Of a DNA stretch of 64,000 nt, positions 46,626 through 55,625 are shown piece after piece. This stretch comes from Pseudomonadota bacterium (GTDB lineage Bacteria; Pseudomonadota; Alphaproteobacteria; Rhizobiales; Hyphomicrobiaceae). Position 1 is the stretch's first letter, and the number at the start of each line of letters is the position of its first letter. Position numbers and translations under genes: made by a program. The notes below the pieces were generated by a model. That model did not search any database. It had not been told where the DNA came from and worked only from the letters and a program-made list of their open reading frames with translations. The stretch is taken from the NCBI GenBank assembly GCA_018242295.1, contig JAFECE010000010.1, positions 3,724-67,723 of the forward strand, given 5' to 3'.

Positions 46626-47273
46626 TCAGGCGCGGCAGCCATCGAGGAAAAGCTTGGCGCAGATCCGGGCTCTTGCCTTGATCTCTTCGGGCGAAGGAGC
46701 GGGCGCCAACCCGAGCATCGCGGTGCGCTGTAAATCCATCACCATCATTCCGCGCAGTGCGCTGACCGTTGCGACAGGATCATCAAATTTTAGCAATCCG
46801 CGGTCGCGCTGGCGTTCCAGCCACAACGTCATGGCTTTCGTGGTCTGCGTCACGGCGACCTCGTGAAAGGTCGCGGCAAGCTCGGGACAGCGATCCCTTT
46901 CGCCTATGACCAGCCGGAGCATGGCGATCGTTTCCCGGTTGAGTGCCAGGTTGCCGAAGGCGATAAGGAAATGCTCGACGGCATCGGCGAGTTCGTAGCG
47001 ATCGAGGTCGGAAGGCTCGACCGCGAGCATGAAGCGCGCCGTCCGGTCGGCAATGACCTTCTGGAAGAGATCTGCCTTGGCGGGGATGAGCCGGTACATG
47101 GTCTTGGTCGAGATGCCGGCGCGCAGGGCGACGTTTCCCATCGTAGTGGCCGCGTAGCCCTTTTCCTGGAACTCCACGGCGGCGGCCTCGATCACGAGGT
47201 GCAGCGTCTCCTCGTCGGGCCGGATTTGTGGTCGGCCGCGGCAGCGCTTCGGAGCCGTACTAATTTGTCCCAT
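46626..47273 (-). CDS. TetR/AcrR family transcriptional regulator
   Basis: The start at the ATG at 47273 gives MGQISTAPKRCRGRPQIRPDEETLHLVIEAAAVEFQEKGYAATTMGNVALRAGISTKTMYRLI, the TetR HTH. The ORF is open to 47399. Confidence 0.85.
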   Translation of the reverse strand: MGQISTAPKRCRGRPQIRPDEETLHLVIEAAAVEFQEKGYAATTMGNVALRAGISTKTMYRLIPAKADLFQKVIADRTARFMLAVEPSDLDRYELADAVEHFLIAFGNLALNRETIAMLRLVIGERDRCPELAATFHEVAVTQTTKAMTLWLERQRDRGLLKFDDPVATVSALRGMMVMDLQRTAMLGLAPAPSPEEIKARARICAKLFLDGCRA

Positions 47274-47293
47274 GATCGTTTTCCAAATTCCTG

Positions 47294-47321
47294 TTGACAT
47301 CCATTTTATAGTGCCTATTTT
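47294..47321 (+). promoter_or_regulatory. candidate sigma-70 promoter for the EmrAB-like operon, bracketed by an 8-bp inverted repeat
   Basis: TTGACA (47294-47299), 16-nt spacer, TATTTT (47316-47321). TTTCCAAA (47280-47287) and TTTGGAAA (47319-47326) flank or overlap it. Confidence 0.5.
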
Positions 47322-47387
47322 GGAAAGCGTCAAATTTCCTAATGGTCGCGGCAAAGGGGCCGCGTTTGGCTGCGAGGAGCAGGTTCC

Positions 47388-48614
47388 ATGGGCCTTCATT
47401 CCACTGCCCTGACGGCGGATCGGGCGATTTCCGACGTCGAAACAGTACGTTACGTCCCGGCATCAGGGCAGAAGCCATCGAATGTCGAAGATTTTAGAGC
47501 GCCCGCGGGCGATGACAGACACGTCGAGGCGCAGCCGCCTGTTCAAGCTCTGAAAAGGGGGCGGGGCGCGCTCATCGCCGGGGCAAGCCTCGCGGTTCTG
47601 GCTGCTGCTGCTTACTTCGGCTGGCAGTATTGGACGGTTTGGCGTTTTCAAGTCTCGACGGACGACGCGTACGTTCAGGCTGACAACACGACCATTGCGC
47701 CGAAGGTATCAGGTTATCTCTCGGATGTTCTCGTTGGCGACAACGAGGCGGTGAAGGCGGGCCAAGTGCTGGCGCGGATCGACGATCGCGATTTCAAAGT
47801 CGCTCTCGATCAGGTGAAGGCCGACGTTCTCGCGTCCAAGGCGGCGGTTGCAAACAAGCAGGCGTCGCTCGACGCGCAACGGTCGGTGATCGACAGCGCC
47901 AAGGCGACCATCGATGCCGATCGCGCCAATGAGACGTTCGCGGAGCAGGACAATCAGCGCTATTCGCATCTCGCAAACACGGGATACGGCAGCGTTCAGA
48001 ACGCTCAGCAGGCGACGTCCCGGATAGCAGCGGCGCGTGCCGCGATTGCGCGTGATACGGCCGCGCTCGCAACAGCGACGAAGCAGACTGACATTTTGAA
48101 GGCGGAGCTTGCACAGGCGCAGGCGACGCAGGCGCGTAATGAAGCCGTGCAGCGGCAGGCCGAACTCAATCTTTCCTATACGAATATTCTGTCGCCGGTC
48201 GACGGTTTCGTCGGGAACCGCACATTGCGTTCTGGTCAGTTCGTTCAGGCCGGTACGCAGTTGATGGCGGTAGTGCCGACGTCTGCCGCTTACATCGTTG
48301 CGAACTACAAAGAAACGCAGCTTGCGGACGTTCGCCCGGGGCAGGCTGTGTCCGTTGAGGTCGACATGTTTCCTGGTATCGAGATTCCGGCCCATGTCGA
48401 TAGCTTGGCGCCTGCGAGCGGTCAGCAGTTCGCGCTTTTGCCGCCGGACAACGCTACGGGCAACTTCACAAAGATCGTTCAGCGCATTCCGGTGAAGATC
48501 ACGCTCGACAAGGGTAATCCGCTGGCGAACGAGCTTCGTCCAGGCATGTCGGTCTACCCGACAATTGAAACGAAGAAGGCCAATGAAACCGCAACGTCCA
48601 TCGCAGCGAAGTAA
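47388..48614 (+). CDS. HlyD/EmrA-family membrane fusion protein
   Basis: TM (LIAGASLAVLAAAAYFGW), STDDAYVQADNTTIAPKVSGYL, a coiled coil, ILSPVDGFVGNRTLRSGQFV and NFTKIVQRIPVKITLD. Directly upstream of the EmrB-like gene. Confidence 0.87.
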   Translation: MGLHSTALTADRAISDVETVRYVPASGQKPSNVEDFRAPAGDDRHVEAQPPVQALKRGRGALIAGASLAVLAAAAYFGWQYWTVWRFQVSTDDAYVQADNTTIAPKVSGYLSDVLVGDNEAVKAGQVLARIDDRDFKVALDQVKADVLASKAAVANKQASLDAQRSVIDSAKATIDADRANETFAEQDNQRYSHLANTGYGSVQNAQQATSRIAAARAAIARDTAALATATKQTDILKAELAQAQATQARNEAVQRQAELNLSYTNILSPVDGFVGNRTLRSGQFVQAGTQLMAVVPTSAAYIVANYKETQLADVRPGQAVSVEVDMFPGIEIPAHVDSLAPASGQQFALLPPDNATGNFTKIVQRIPVKITLDKGNPLANELRPGMSVYPTIETKKANETATSIAAK

Positions 48615-48650
48615 TGGCGATGGCATTGTTCCGCGGTGGAGTAAGCAGCA

Positions 48651-50252
48651 ATGGCAAGCACCGTTCAAACAGCGGCCGGCGCGGATGTTCCGAAGGCGGC
48701 CGCCGATAAAGCAAGCCTGACGACCTGGATCGCCGTGGTCGCCGGCATGATCGGCGCCTTCATGTCGATCCTGAATATCCAGATCACCAACGCATCGCTC
48801 CTCGATATCGAAGGCGGGATAGGTACTGGCGCAGACAACGGCGCGTGGATATCGACGTCATATCTCATCGGCGAAATCGTTGTCATTCCGATGACTGGAT
48901 ATCTCAGCCGCGTCGTCGGTTTTCGCCGGTACATTCTCGTCAGCACGTTTTTCTTTGCCGTGTTCTCGATGGCGTGCGCGTTTGCGCACGATCTCGGCAC
49001 CATGATCGCGATGCGCGGTCTTCAGGGGTTTGCCGGTGGTGTGCTCATTCCGATGGCGTTCACGATGGTCGTAACGAAGCTGCCGAAGCCTCAGCAACCC
49101 GTGGGCTTGGCGCTTTTCGCCATTGCCGTGACCTTTGCTCCCGCCATCGGCCCGACGATCGGCGGGTATCTGACCGAGAACTACGGCTGGCAGAAGATCT
49201 TTTTCATCAACGCCATCCCGAGCGCGATCATGATCGTGGCGCTGTGGTTCACGCTCGAGAAGGAAAAGATGCAGCTTGGTCTTCTCAAGGAAGGCGATTG
49301 GGCCGGCATCGTGACGATGGCAGTCGGCCTTTCGGCGCTGCAGACGCTGCTTGAAGAGGGCAACAAGGATGACTGGTTCGGCTCGTCCTTCATCGTGAAG
49401 CTAGCCGTTATCGCGGTTGTGTTTCTGACGGCGTTCGTGTGGATCGAGCTTAAAGTGCAAAAGCCGCTCGTCGATCTCCGGCTGCTGAAGAACCGGAATT
49501 TCGGTATCGGCACCGTCGCCAATATGCTCGTCGGTTTCGCGCTGTTTGGAACGGTCTACGTGTTGCCGCAGTATCTCGGGCAGGTGCAGGGCTACAACGC
49601 CGAGCAGATCGGAAATGTGCTTGCGTGGACCGGCTTGCCGCAGCTGCTGATCATTCCGTTCGTGCCTTTGCTGATGAAACACTTCGACGTGCGCTACATC
49701 GGCGTGGCGGGCATCGCGCTTTTTGCTCTGAGCTGCTTCATGAACGTCAACATGTCGCTCGACTATTCCGGCGATCAGTTCCTGGTGCCGAATATCGTGC
49801 GCGCGGTTGGCCAGGCGCTGATCCTGACGCCGCTGACGGCGATCGCGACCTCGAGCATCGCACCGAAAGACGCGGCCAATGCTTCCGGTCTTTTCAACAT
49901 GTTGCGCAATCTGGCGGGCGCCGTGGGCACGGCTGCGCTCGAAACGATCATTACGAAGCGAGAGCAGTTTCACTCCAACATCATTGGGCAGTCCGTGACG
50001 GTCTATCGTGACGAGGTTCGTCAGCGGATAAACGAGATGACGAGCTACTTCATGGCGCACGGTATTTCCGATGCCGCCGCTGCGCGCCATCAAGCGATCA
50101 TTGCGCTCGGCAAGACGGTCAAGCGGCAAGCGCTGGTCATGGGCTTCAGCGATGCGTTTGCCGTGATCGCCGTCATGCTGGCTATCGCCGCGGTCGCCTT
50201 GCTTTTTGCGCAAAAAGCGCAGTCTCGCGGCGGCGCCTCAGCGGCACATTGA
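48651..50252 (+). CDS. DHA2-family (EmrB/QacA, 14-TMS) MFS drug efflux transporter
   Basis: 533 aa. The N-terminus is ILNIQITNASLLDIEGGIG...WISTSYLIGEIVVIPMTGYLSR, and RGLQGFAGGVLIPM is also present. Confidence 0.9.
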   Translation: MASTVQTAAGADVPKAAADKASLTTWIAVVAGMIGAFMSILNIQITNASLLDIEGGIGTGADNGAWISTSYLIGEIVVIPMTGYLSRVVGFRRYILVSTFFFAVFSMACAFAHDLGTMIAMRGLQGFAGGVLIPMAFTMVVTKLPKPQQPVGLALFAIAVTFAPAIGPTIGGYLTENYGWQKIFFINAIPSAIMIVALWFTLEKEKMQLGLLKEGDWAGIVTMAVGLSALQTLLEEGNKDDWFGSSFIVKLAVIAVVFLTAFVWIELKVQKPLVDLRLLKNRNFGIGTVANMLVGFALFGTVYVLPQYLGQVQGYNAEQIGNVLAWTGLPQLLIIPFVPLLMKHFDVRYIGVAGIALFALSCFMNVNMSLDYSGDQFLVPNIVRAVGQALILTPLTAIATSSIAPKDAANASGLFNMLRNLAGAVGTAALETIITKREQFHSNIIGQSVTVYRDEVRQRINEMTSYFMAHGISDAAAARHQAIIALGKTVKRQALVMGFSDAFAVIAVMLAIAAVALLFAQKAQSRGGASAAH

Positions 50253-50257
50253 TGAAG

Positions 50258-51721
50258 TTATTCGTCGGCGAGGGACAGAGGGCGCGCGACTTGTTCGAGC
50301 GGTTTGCGTTCGGCGGCGGCCGCTTTCAGCCAGGCGATGCCAGCCGCAATCAGCATCAACGCCGTGCCGATGAGATAGCCCATGAACACGCTATAGCGCG
50401 ATCCAGTATCGATAAGATGGCCGAGAAGCGCGGGGCCGATGACGCCGCCGACACCTGTGCCAATAGCGTAGAAGAGCGAGATGGCAAGCGCTCGAACCTC
50501 GAGCGGGAAGGACTCGCTGACTGTCAGATAGGCTGCGCTCGCTGCCGCCGATCCGAAGAAAAACACGATTACCCATGCGACGGTCAGCATGGAATCGGAC
50601 ACGAGATCGGCTGCAAACAGATATCCAGTGACGGCGAGCAGGATCGCGGAAACGCTGTACGTCGTGATCAACATCGGGCGGCGTCCCCAAATATCGAAGA
50701 GCCGTCCGAGGAGCAGCGGTCCAAGGAAATTTCCGGCTGCGAAGGGGAGAAGATACCAGCCGATTTTATCGGTCCGGACGCCGTAGAACGACGAAAGTAC
50801 GAGTGCGTAGGTGAAGAAGATCGCGTTATAGAAATAGGCTTGCGCGGTCATCAGCGCGAACCCGACGATTGCCCGGTCGCGGTTCGTTTTCAGGATGGAT
50901 CTCGCGACCTCCATGAGGGGCGTATGGCTTCGCGTTTTCAAGCGTGTCGTCGTGATTGAGCTATCATCGAGAACGTGATTTTCGTGTCGAAGTCGCGCCT
51001 CTATTTCGCCGACGATCTTGTCGGCCCTTTCCGGCATGCCATGTGTGATGAGCCAGCGCGGGCTTTCGGGGATCCATAGGCGCAGCAGGAAGATGAGTGC
51101 ACTCAAGCCTCCCCCGAGCAGGAAGGTGAGCCTCCATCCCAAATCGTTGGGTATCAGAGCGCTATCGAGCAGGACGACCGACGCCAGTGCGCCGAGTGCC
51201 GCGCCGAGCCAGAAGCTGCCGTTTATCGTCAGATCGGTCCAGCCGCGATAGCGAGCGGGCACCAGTTCTTGGATCGTCGAATTGACGGCCGTATATTCGC
51301 CTCCGATGCCGGCTCCGGTGACAAATCGAAACAGCGAGAAGCTTAAGAGATTCCACGATAACGCCGTCGCGAGCGTCGCGATCATGTAGGTCGTCAGCGT
51401 GATGAAAAACAGCTTCTTGCGGCCGAGCCTGTCCGTCAGCCAGCCGAAGAATAATCCTCCGAGCACAGCACCAGTAAGATAAGAGCTGTTCGTTATGCCG
51501 ACATCGGTGTTGGTGAACTGTAGCGCCGGGCTTTCCTTCAAAGCTCCCGCTATGGCGCCGACGAGCGTGACCTCCAGCCCGTCGAGAATCCACGTGATGC
51601 CGAGCGCGACGATGACGAGGACGTGGAACCGTCCAAACGGCAAACGATCGAGGCGCGAGGGTATCGTCGTTTCGACGATCGTACCGCTTTCAATTCTCTC
51701 GCTTGCAACCGGCTTTTGCAT
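50258..51721 (-). CDS. MFS transporter (metabolite/sugar:H+ symporter-like)
   Basis: 487 aa, 12 predicted helices. Has the GWLTDRLGRKK loop motif and the second-half LGRLFDIWGRRP motif. Confidence 0.8.
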   Translation of the reverse strand: MQKPVASERIESGTIVETTIPSRLDRLPFGRFHVLVIVALGITWILDGLEVTLVGAIAGALKESPALQFTNTDVGITNSSYLTGAVLGGLFFGWLTDRLGRKKLFFITLTTYMIATLATALSWNLLSFSLFRFVTGAGIGGEYTAVNSTIQELVPARYRGWTDLTINGSFWLGAALGALASVVLLDSALIPNDLGWRLTFLLGGGLSALIFLLRLWIPESPRWLITHGMPERADKIVGEIEARLRHENHVLDDSSITTTRLKTRSHTPLMEVARSILKTNRDRAIVGFALMTAQAYFYNAIFFTYALVLSSFYGVRTDKIGWYLLPFAAGNFLGPLLLGRLFDIWGRRPMLITTYSVSAILLAVTGYLFAADLVSDSMLTVAWVIVFFFGSAAASAAYLTVSESFPLEVRALAISLFYAIGTGVGGVIGPALLGHLIDTGSRYSVFMGYLIGTALMLIAAGIAWLKAAAAERKPLEQVARPLSLADE

Positions 51722-51796
51722 GAACCACAGGACTCAATCGCGCCTCGGATGGAAACGCGCGAGCCGTGCAGCGGTTCAATTCGGTGCTATTGCCGT

Positions 51797-52792
51797 TTAG
51801 ACGAAGCCTTCAGGCCCTCGATGCGGCTCATACGGTTCTTCGAGATGGGCAATTTCCTCGTTCGTCAGCTTGAGCGAAACGGACTTTATCGCGTCGTCGA
51901 GCTGATGGGGCTTGGTCGCGCCGATGATGGGCGAGGTCACCGCGGGTTTGCTCAGCATCCAGGCGAGGGCAATCTGGGCTGGAGAAACGCCTCGCGCCTT
52001 CGCGACATCAAGAACGCGATCGACCACCGGCTTGTCCAACTGCTTCGACTTTTCGTAGAGCCGATCGGCAAACGGATCGTTCCTGGCGCGCTCCGTTTGG
52101 GGCTCGTCCTGCCAGGGACGCGCCAAGCGCCCGCGTGCCAAGGGCGACCATGGCGTGACGCCGATGCCCTCGGATTGACAGAGCGGCAGCATCTCGCGCT
52201 CCTCCTCACGGTAGAGCAGGTTGTAATAGTCTTGCATCGATATGAATTGCGCCCAGCCGTTGGCGCGTTGCAGGCCGAGTGCCTTCATGAACTGCCAGGC
52301 GTGCATCGAGGATGCGCCGAGATAGAGCGCCTTTCCTGAGCGGACGACCTCATCGAGCGCTTCAAGCGTTTCCTCGAGCGGTGTCTCGTAGTCGTAGCGA
52401 TGGATGATGTAGAGATCGACGTAGTCGGTGCCGAGGCGCCTTAGGCTGTCGTCGATTTCGGACATGATGGCCTTGCGCGAAAGGCCCTTGCCATTCGGTC
52501 CGAGCCGCATTGGCGAATAAACTTTCGTGGCAATGACGACTTCCTCTCGCCTGGCAAAATCGCGAAGAGCGCGGCCGAGAACGCGCTCGCTTTCGCCGTG
52601 TGAATAGACGTTCGCGGTGTCGAAGAAATTTATGCCTTGTTCGAGAGCGGACTTGATGTACGGGCGACTGTCCTCCTCGTTCAACGTCCAGGTCCATTTC
52701 ATGACGCCGCCGTCGGATTGGCCGTAGCTCATGCAGCCCAGGCAAACGCGGGACACTTCGAGACCGGTGTGACCGAGCTTGACGTACTCCAT
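51797..52792 (-). CDS. aldo/keto reductase
   Basis: Motifs MEYVKLGHTGLEVSRVCLGCMSYG, FFDTANVYSHGESE and LYLGASSMHAWQ. Confidence 0.9.
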   Translation of the reverse strand: MEYVKLGHTGLEVSRVCLGCMSYGQSDGGVMKWTWTLNEEDSRPYIKSALEQGINFFDTANVYSHGESERVLGRALRDFARREEVVIATKVYSPMRLGPNGKGLSRKAIMSEIDDSLRRLGTDYVDLYIIHRYDYETPLEETLEALDEVVRSGKALYLGASSMHAWQFMKALGLQRANGWAQFISMQDYYNLLYREEEREMLPLCQSEGIGVTPWSPLARGRLARPWQDEPQTERARNDPFADRLYEKSKQLDKPVVDRVLDVAKARGVSPAQIALAWMLSKPAVTSPIIGATKPHQLDDAIKSVSLKLTNEEIAHLEEPYEPHRGPEGFV

Positions 52793-52966
52793 GGATACCT
52801 CGCAGGGGATGAGAGCGCTATCGGGGCGTCTTTGATGTAGGACTCGTTTCGATCATTGCAAAGTGCGCCTATTCCATTGTCCGTCGGAGAACATCCGCGC
52901 GGGTGAAACGAAGGCGCAGGCTTTGGGAGTGCGTTGGGAGGAAAGGGAAGCCCGGGCTGTCACGCG

Positions 52967-53248
52967 TCAATGCTTGTCGATAGCCGGGCGATGGTGGCGT
53001 CGTTTTTCGCCGCCTTCAAACCATATCGCCACTGCGGTGGCCAATATGACTCCCGCCACTGCCCCGGCGTTGCTCGCGATGATGCCGCCGGCTGCCCATG
53101 AGACGCCGATCAATATAAGTGACGGAAGAACTGCGTTGGCTCTGGATTTTGAAAGCGCGGAGGTTATAACCAAAGCGCCAAGGACGGCACCGATGGCGCC
53201 GAAATAATAGTTGCAGATTGCGCCGACGAAGACGATGACCAGGGTCAC
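52967..53248 (-). CDS. small hypothetical membrane protein (93 aa, Gly/Ala-rich helices)
   Basis: GTG start. There are three hydrophobic Gly-zipper-like segments. No family recognised. Confidence 0.45.
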   Translation of the reverse strand: MTLVIVFVGAICNYYFGAIGAVLGALVITSALSKSRANAVLPSLILIGVSWAAGGIIASNAGAVAGVILATAVAIWFEGGEKRRHHRPAIDKH

Positions 53249-53374
53249 GCCAGCCGTCCCTCAGGAACCGCGAATCGGTGGTTACGCGCTAAATTTTACA
53301 CCGGCTCTAAAAGAACGCTTGGTGACAATTTAGACAAAATGCGCCGTATGTGCCGTTCTATTCGGCAATTCGCC

Positions 53375-53596
53375 TTAAAGGACGCCGGATTCCGCGAGGA
53401 AGCGATATCGCGTCCATTTTAACTGGCGAGCTCGCGCACTCTCCACCCGCTCGCGGAGCTGTCTGATGCGTTTCATCTCGTGCAGATCGACGACCTTGCC
53501 CCGGCACGCCCTCGTATATGAGACGAGCTCATATTCGGCGGCGTTGAGACGAGCAGTTGCTTCGCGCTGGAAGAGTGACAGGAGCTTCGTGTTCAT
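53375..53596 (-). CDS. small hypothetical helical protein (73 aa)
   Basis: The ATG at 53596 (MNTKLLSLFQREATARLNAAEYEL...) lies within the longer ORF 53375..53743. No family recognised. Confidence 0.3.
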   Translation of the reverse strand: MNTKLLSLFQREATARLNAAEYELVSYTRACRGKVVDLHEMKRIRQLRERVESARARQLKWTRYRFLAESGVL

Positions 53597-53778
53597 GGGA
53601 GCGGCCCTCTCGCTCAAGGTATGCGATTTGAGGCGCCGCAAGAAGAGACCTCGTATCGATCTCCACAACTGCGGAAATCGGATCGATGTTTCGGCTGCTT
53701 CCGGATTACTCGCTCGCGAGCATCTTGAACGTTGATGCCGCAATTGCCACCTAATGGAAGAGCGAATAGGAGGCGACT

Positions 53779-53967
53779 ATGTCCGGCGACGTGGCTCCCG
53801 TCATTATCTTCATCGCAAGTTTCTACGCGTTCGGGTTCGTTCTCGTTTACGCCCTGGCGCGCGCATGGGACCAGGCGTTGTCGACGCGCCATCGCAAAGA
53901 ATTCGCGCACGCGCGGCCGTCGGCGAACGTGCGCAGCCGGCGGATGGGTGCGTTGCACCACCGTTGA
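53779..53967 (+). CDS. small hypothetical single-TM protein (62 aa)
   Basis: Strong SD: AGGAGG lies 6 nt before the ATG. There is one TM (VAPVIIFIASFYAFGFVLVYALA) followed by a basic tail. Confidence 0.45.
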   Translation: MSGDVAPVIIFIASFYAFGFVLVYALARAWDQALSTRHRKEFAHARPSANVRSRRMGALHHR

Positions 53968-54220
53968 ACCGAACCTGATACAAGAGCGAAAATGTCAACA
54001 ATCGACGGGGTGACGGTGTTTGTCTTCTCAGCGCGGCGATCGCGATCTAATTTGGAAAATCTTCGCGCGAGGATCGCCGCTGTTAACTTCTCGCTGTCGG
54101 ATTTCTGATATCGTACGTATACCTCATATCCTCCCCCCGGATTGAGGTCTTTGAGCGTGGGCACTCGGCCACCCCTCTTCCCCCCGCCGGGTGCCCACCA
54201 TTCCATTCAAGCCATAGAAG

Positions 54221-54658
54221 CTACATCTCTGCTCGCAATGCGCGCATGATGATGCGACCAGAGGAGTCTTCCGATACGGCCCGCCTCGGCTGATCTTCGG
54301 GGATGGCGCGTCTCGGAATTCGTCGCATCCAGCCAGCGACGCGCGGCCGCGCAATTGCGCCCATCGTTTTGGACTGCTTGTCGTTGTGCTCGGCTTCGTC
54401 GAGCGCCTTTGCCAACTCGTCGGCGGAGATCGCTGGCGCGCTCGGGACAATGACGTTACCGGCTTTTCCAGGCGTAGCGATATTTTTCTGCGACGCGAGT
54501 ACAACATTCACCCGTGTCGGCCGGCTCTTAGACGTCGGAGCCAGGGCCAATTGGGCGAGAGCTTCCCGGGCGAGTGTCTCGCCGACCGTTACGACGGTCC
54601 ATGAGCTGGCCACGATCAAAGCAATATAAAATAAAGACGCATAAACTCGATCTGACAT
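54221..54658 (-). CDS. hypothetical membrane-anchored protein (145 aa)
   Basis: N-terminal hydrophobic anchor (YASLFYIALIVASSWTVVTV). No family recognised. Confidence 0.4.
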   Translation of the reverse strand: MSDRVYASLFYIALIVASSWTVVTVGETLAREALAQLALAPTSKSRPTRVNVVLASQKNIATPGKAGNVIVPSAPAISADELAKALDEAEHNDKQSKTMGAIARPRVAGWMRRIPRRAIPEDQPRRAVSEDSSGRIIMRALRAEM

Positions 54659-54789
54659 GGCTCAGCCAATTATTTGCGGCTTTGCGCCCCGTGGAGCAAC
54701 CTAGCAGAATACGCCCTGAGGCCATGGCTGTTCCCTGGTTGTGATGAAAATCCTCTTAGCGAACAATGCGGAGTTGTTCGCGATGGCGG

Positions 54790-55584
54790 TCACGGGCCGC
54801 TGATAGAATTGATTGCTGTCCGGATGGCATCAAGACCATCGGTCAGCGCGGCTGGTCCAGGCTGCAGAATGAGCGGCGACTTGATCTCATGGATCCTGTT
54901 TTTGCTCACCGCAGGAACGTCCTGCCATCCGTCGCGTGCGCGTATTTTTTCCGGTCTTACCCTTTTGCCGCACCAGGACGCGAGAATGATGTCCGGTGAT
55001 CGCTCCGCCACCTCGGCGGCAGCCACGATGCGATCTCTGGCGGCGGGCTCGCTCCGCTTCTCAGGAAAGATATCCTCGCCGCCCGCAATTTCGATAAGTT
55101 CGGAGACCCAGCACAAGCCCGTTATCAACGGGTCATCCCATTCCTCGAAATAGACGCGCGGGCGGTGCACGGCCGAGCGAGTTTCACAGCGGATATTTTC
55201 GATGCGCTCTTCGAACGACTTCGCGAGGGCATCGGCTTTATCGCTGCAGCCGATCAGTGCGCCCAGGGTGCGGATCATTGCGAAGATGCCAGCGATATCA
55301 CGCTGATTGAAAATGTGGACAGCCAGGCCCGCGCGCGCGAGATCGGCGGCAATGGCGGCTTGAATGTCCGAAAATGCAAGGACGAGATCGGGCTTCAGCG
55401 CCTCGATTTTTGGAATGTCCGCCGATGTAAAGGCTGATACGCGTGGTTTCTCGCGGCGGACTTGCGGTGGCCGGACTGCATACCCCGAAACACCGACGAT
55501 CCTATTCTGCTCGCCGAGAAGGTATAGCGTCTCGACCGTTTCTTCGGTCAGGCAGACCAGCCGGCGGGCGGGAAAGCAGCGCAT
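54790..55584 (-). CDS. TroA/BtuF-like (PF01497-type) periplasmic-binding-fold protein lacking a signal peptide
   Basis: RLVCLTEETVETLYLLGEQNRIVGVSGY ... IEALKPDLVLAF ... is typical of cobalamin/siderophore binding proteins. The N-terminus has no hydrophobic leader. Confidence 0.6.
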   Translation of the reverse strand: MRCFPARRLVCLTEETVETLYLLGEQNRIVGVSGYAVRPPQVRREKPRVSAFTSADIPKIEALKPDLVLAFSDIQAAIAADLARAGLAVHIFNQRDIAGIFAMIRTLGALIGCSDKADALAKSFEERIENIRCETRSAVHRPRVYFEEWDDPLITGLCWVSELIEIAGGEDIFPEKRSEPAARDRIVAAAEVAERSPDIILASWCGKRVRPEKIRARDGWQDVPAVSKNRIHEIKSPLILQPGPAALTDGLDAIRTAINSISGP

Positions 55585-55625
55585 GTGGTTTATTCCGTTG
55601 GATCTATCGCTTAGGGTTCGGGGTA

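Noticed and set aside
47709-48668. 319-aa minus-strand ORF
   Set aside because: It is antisense to the EmrA-like gene and its composition is Arg-rich junk. The same reasoning applies to 49401-50213, 45403-46215, 55611-56303, 21230-22213, 24125-24994, 14936-15967, 3629-4633 and 1575-2351.
53264-53288. GGAAC-N16-CGCT, resembling an EcfG general-stress promoter (GGAAC-N16-17-CGTT)
   Set aside because: The -10 part is imperfect. The next plus-strand ORF with an SD is about 490 nt downstream, and a minus-strand ORF lies in between. A single-motif match is not enough.
55585-55625. Looked for a cobalamin riboswitch upstream of the BtuF-like gene
   Set aside because: Only 41 nt are available, which is far too short, and no B12-box-like sequence was seen.
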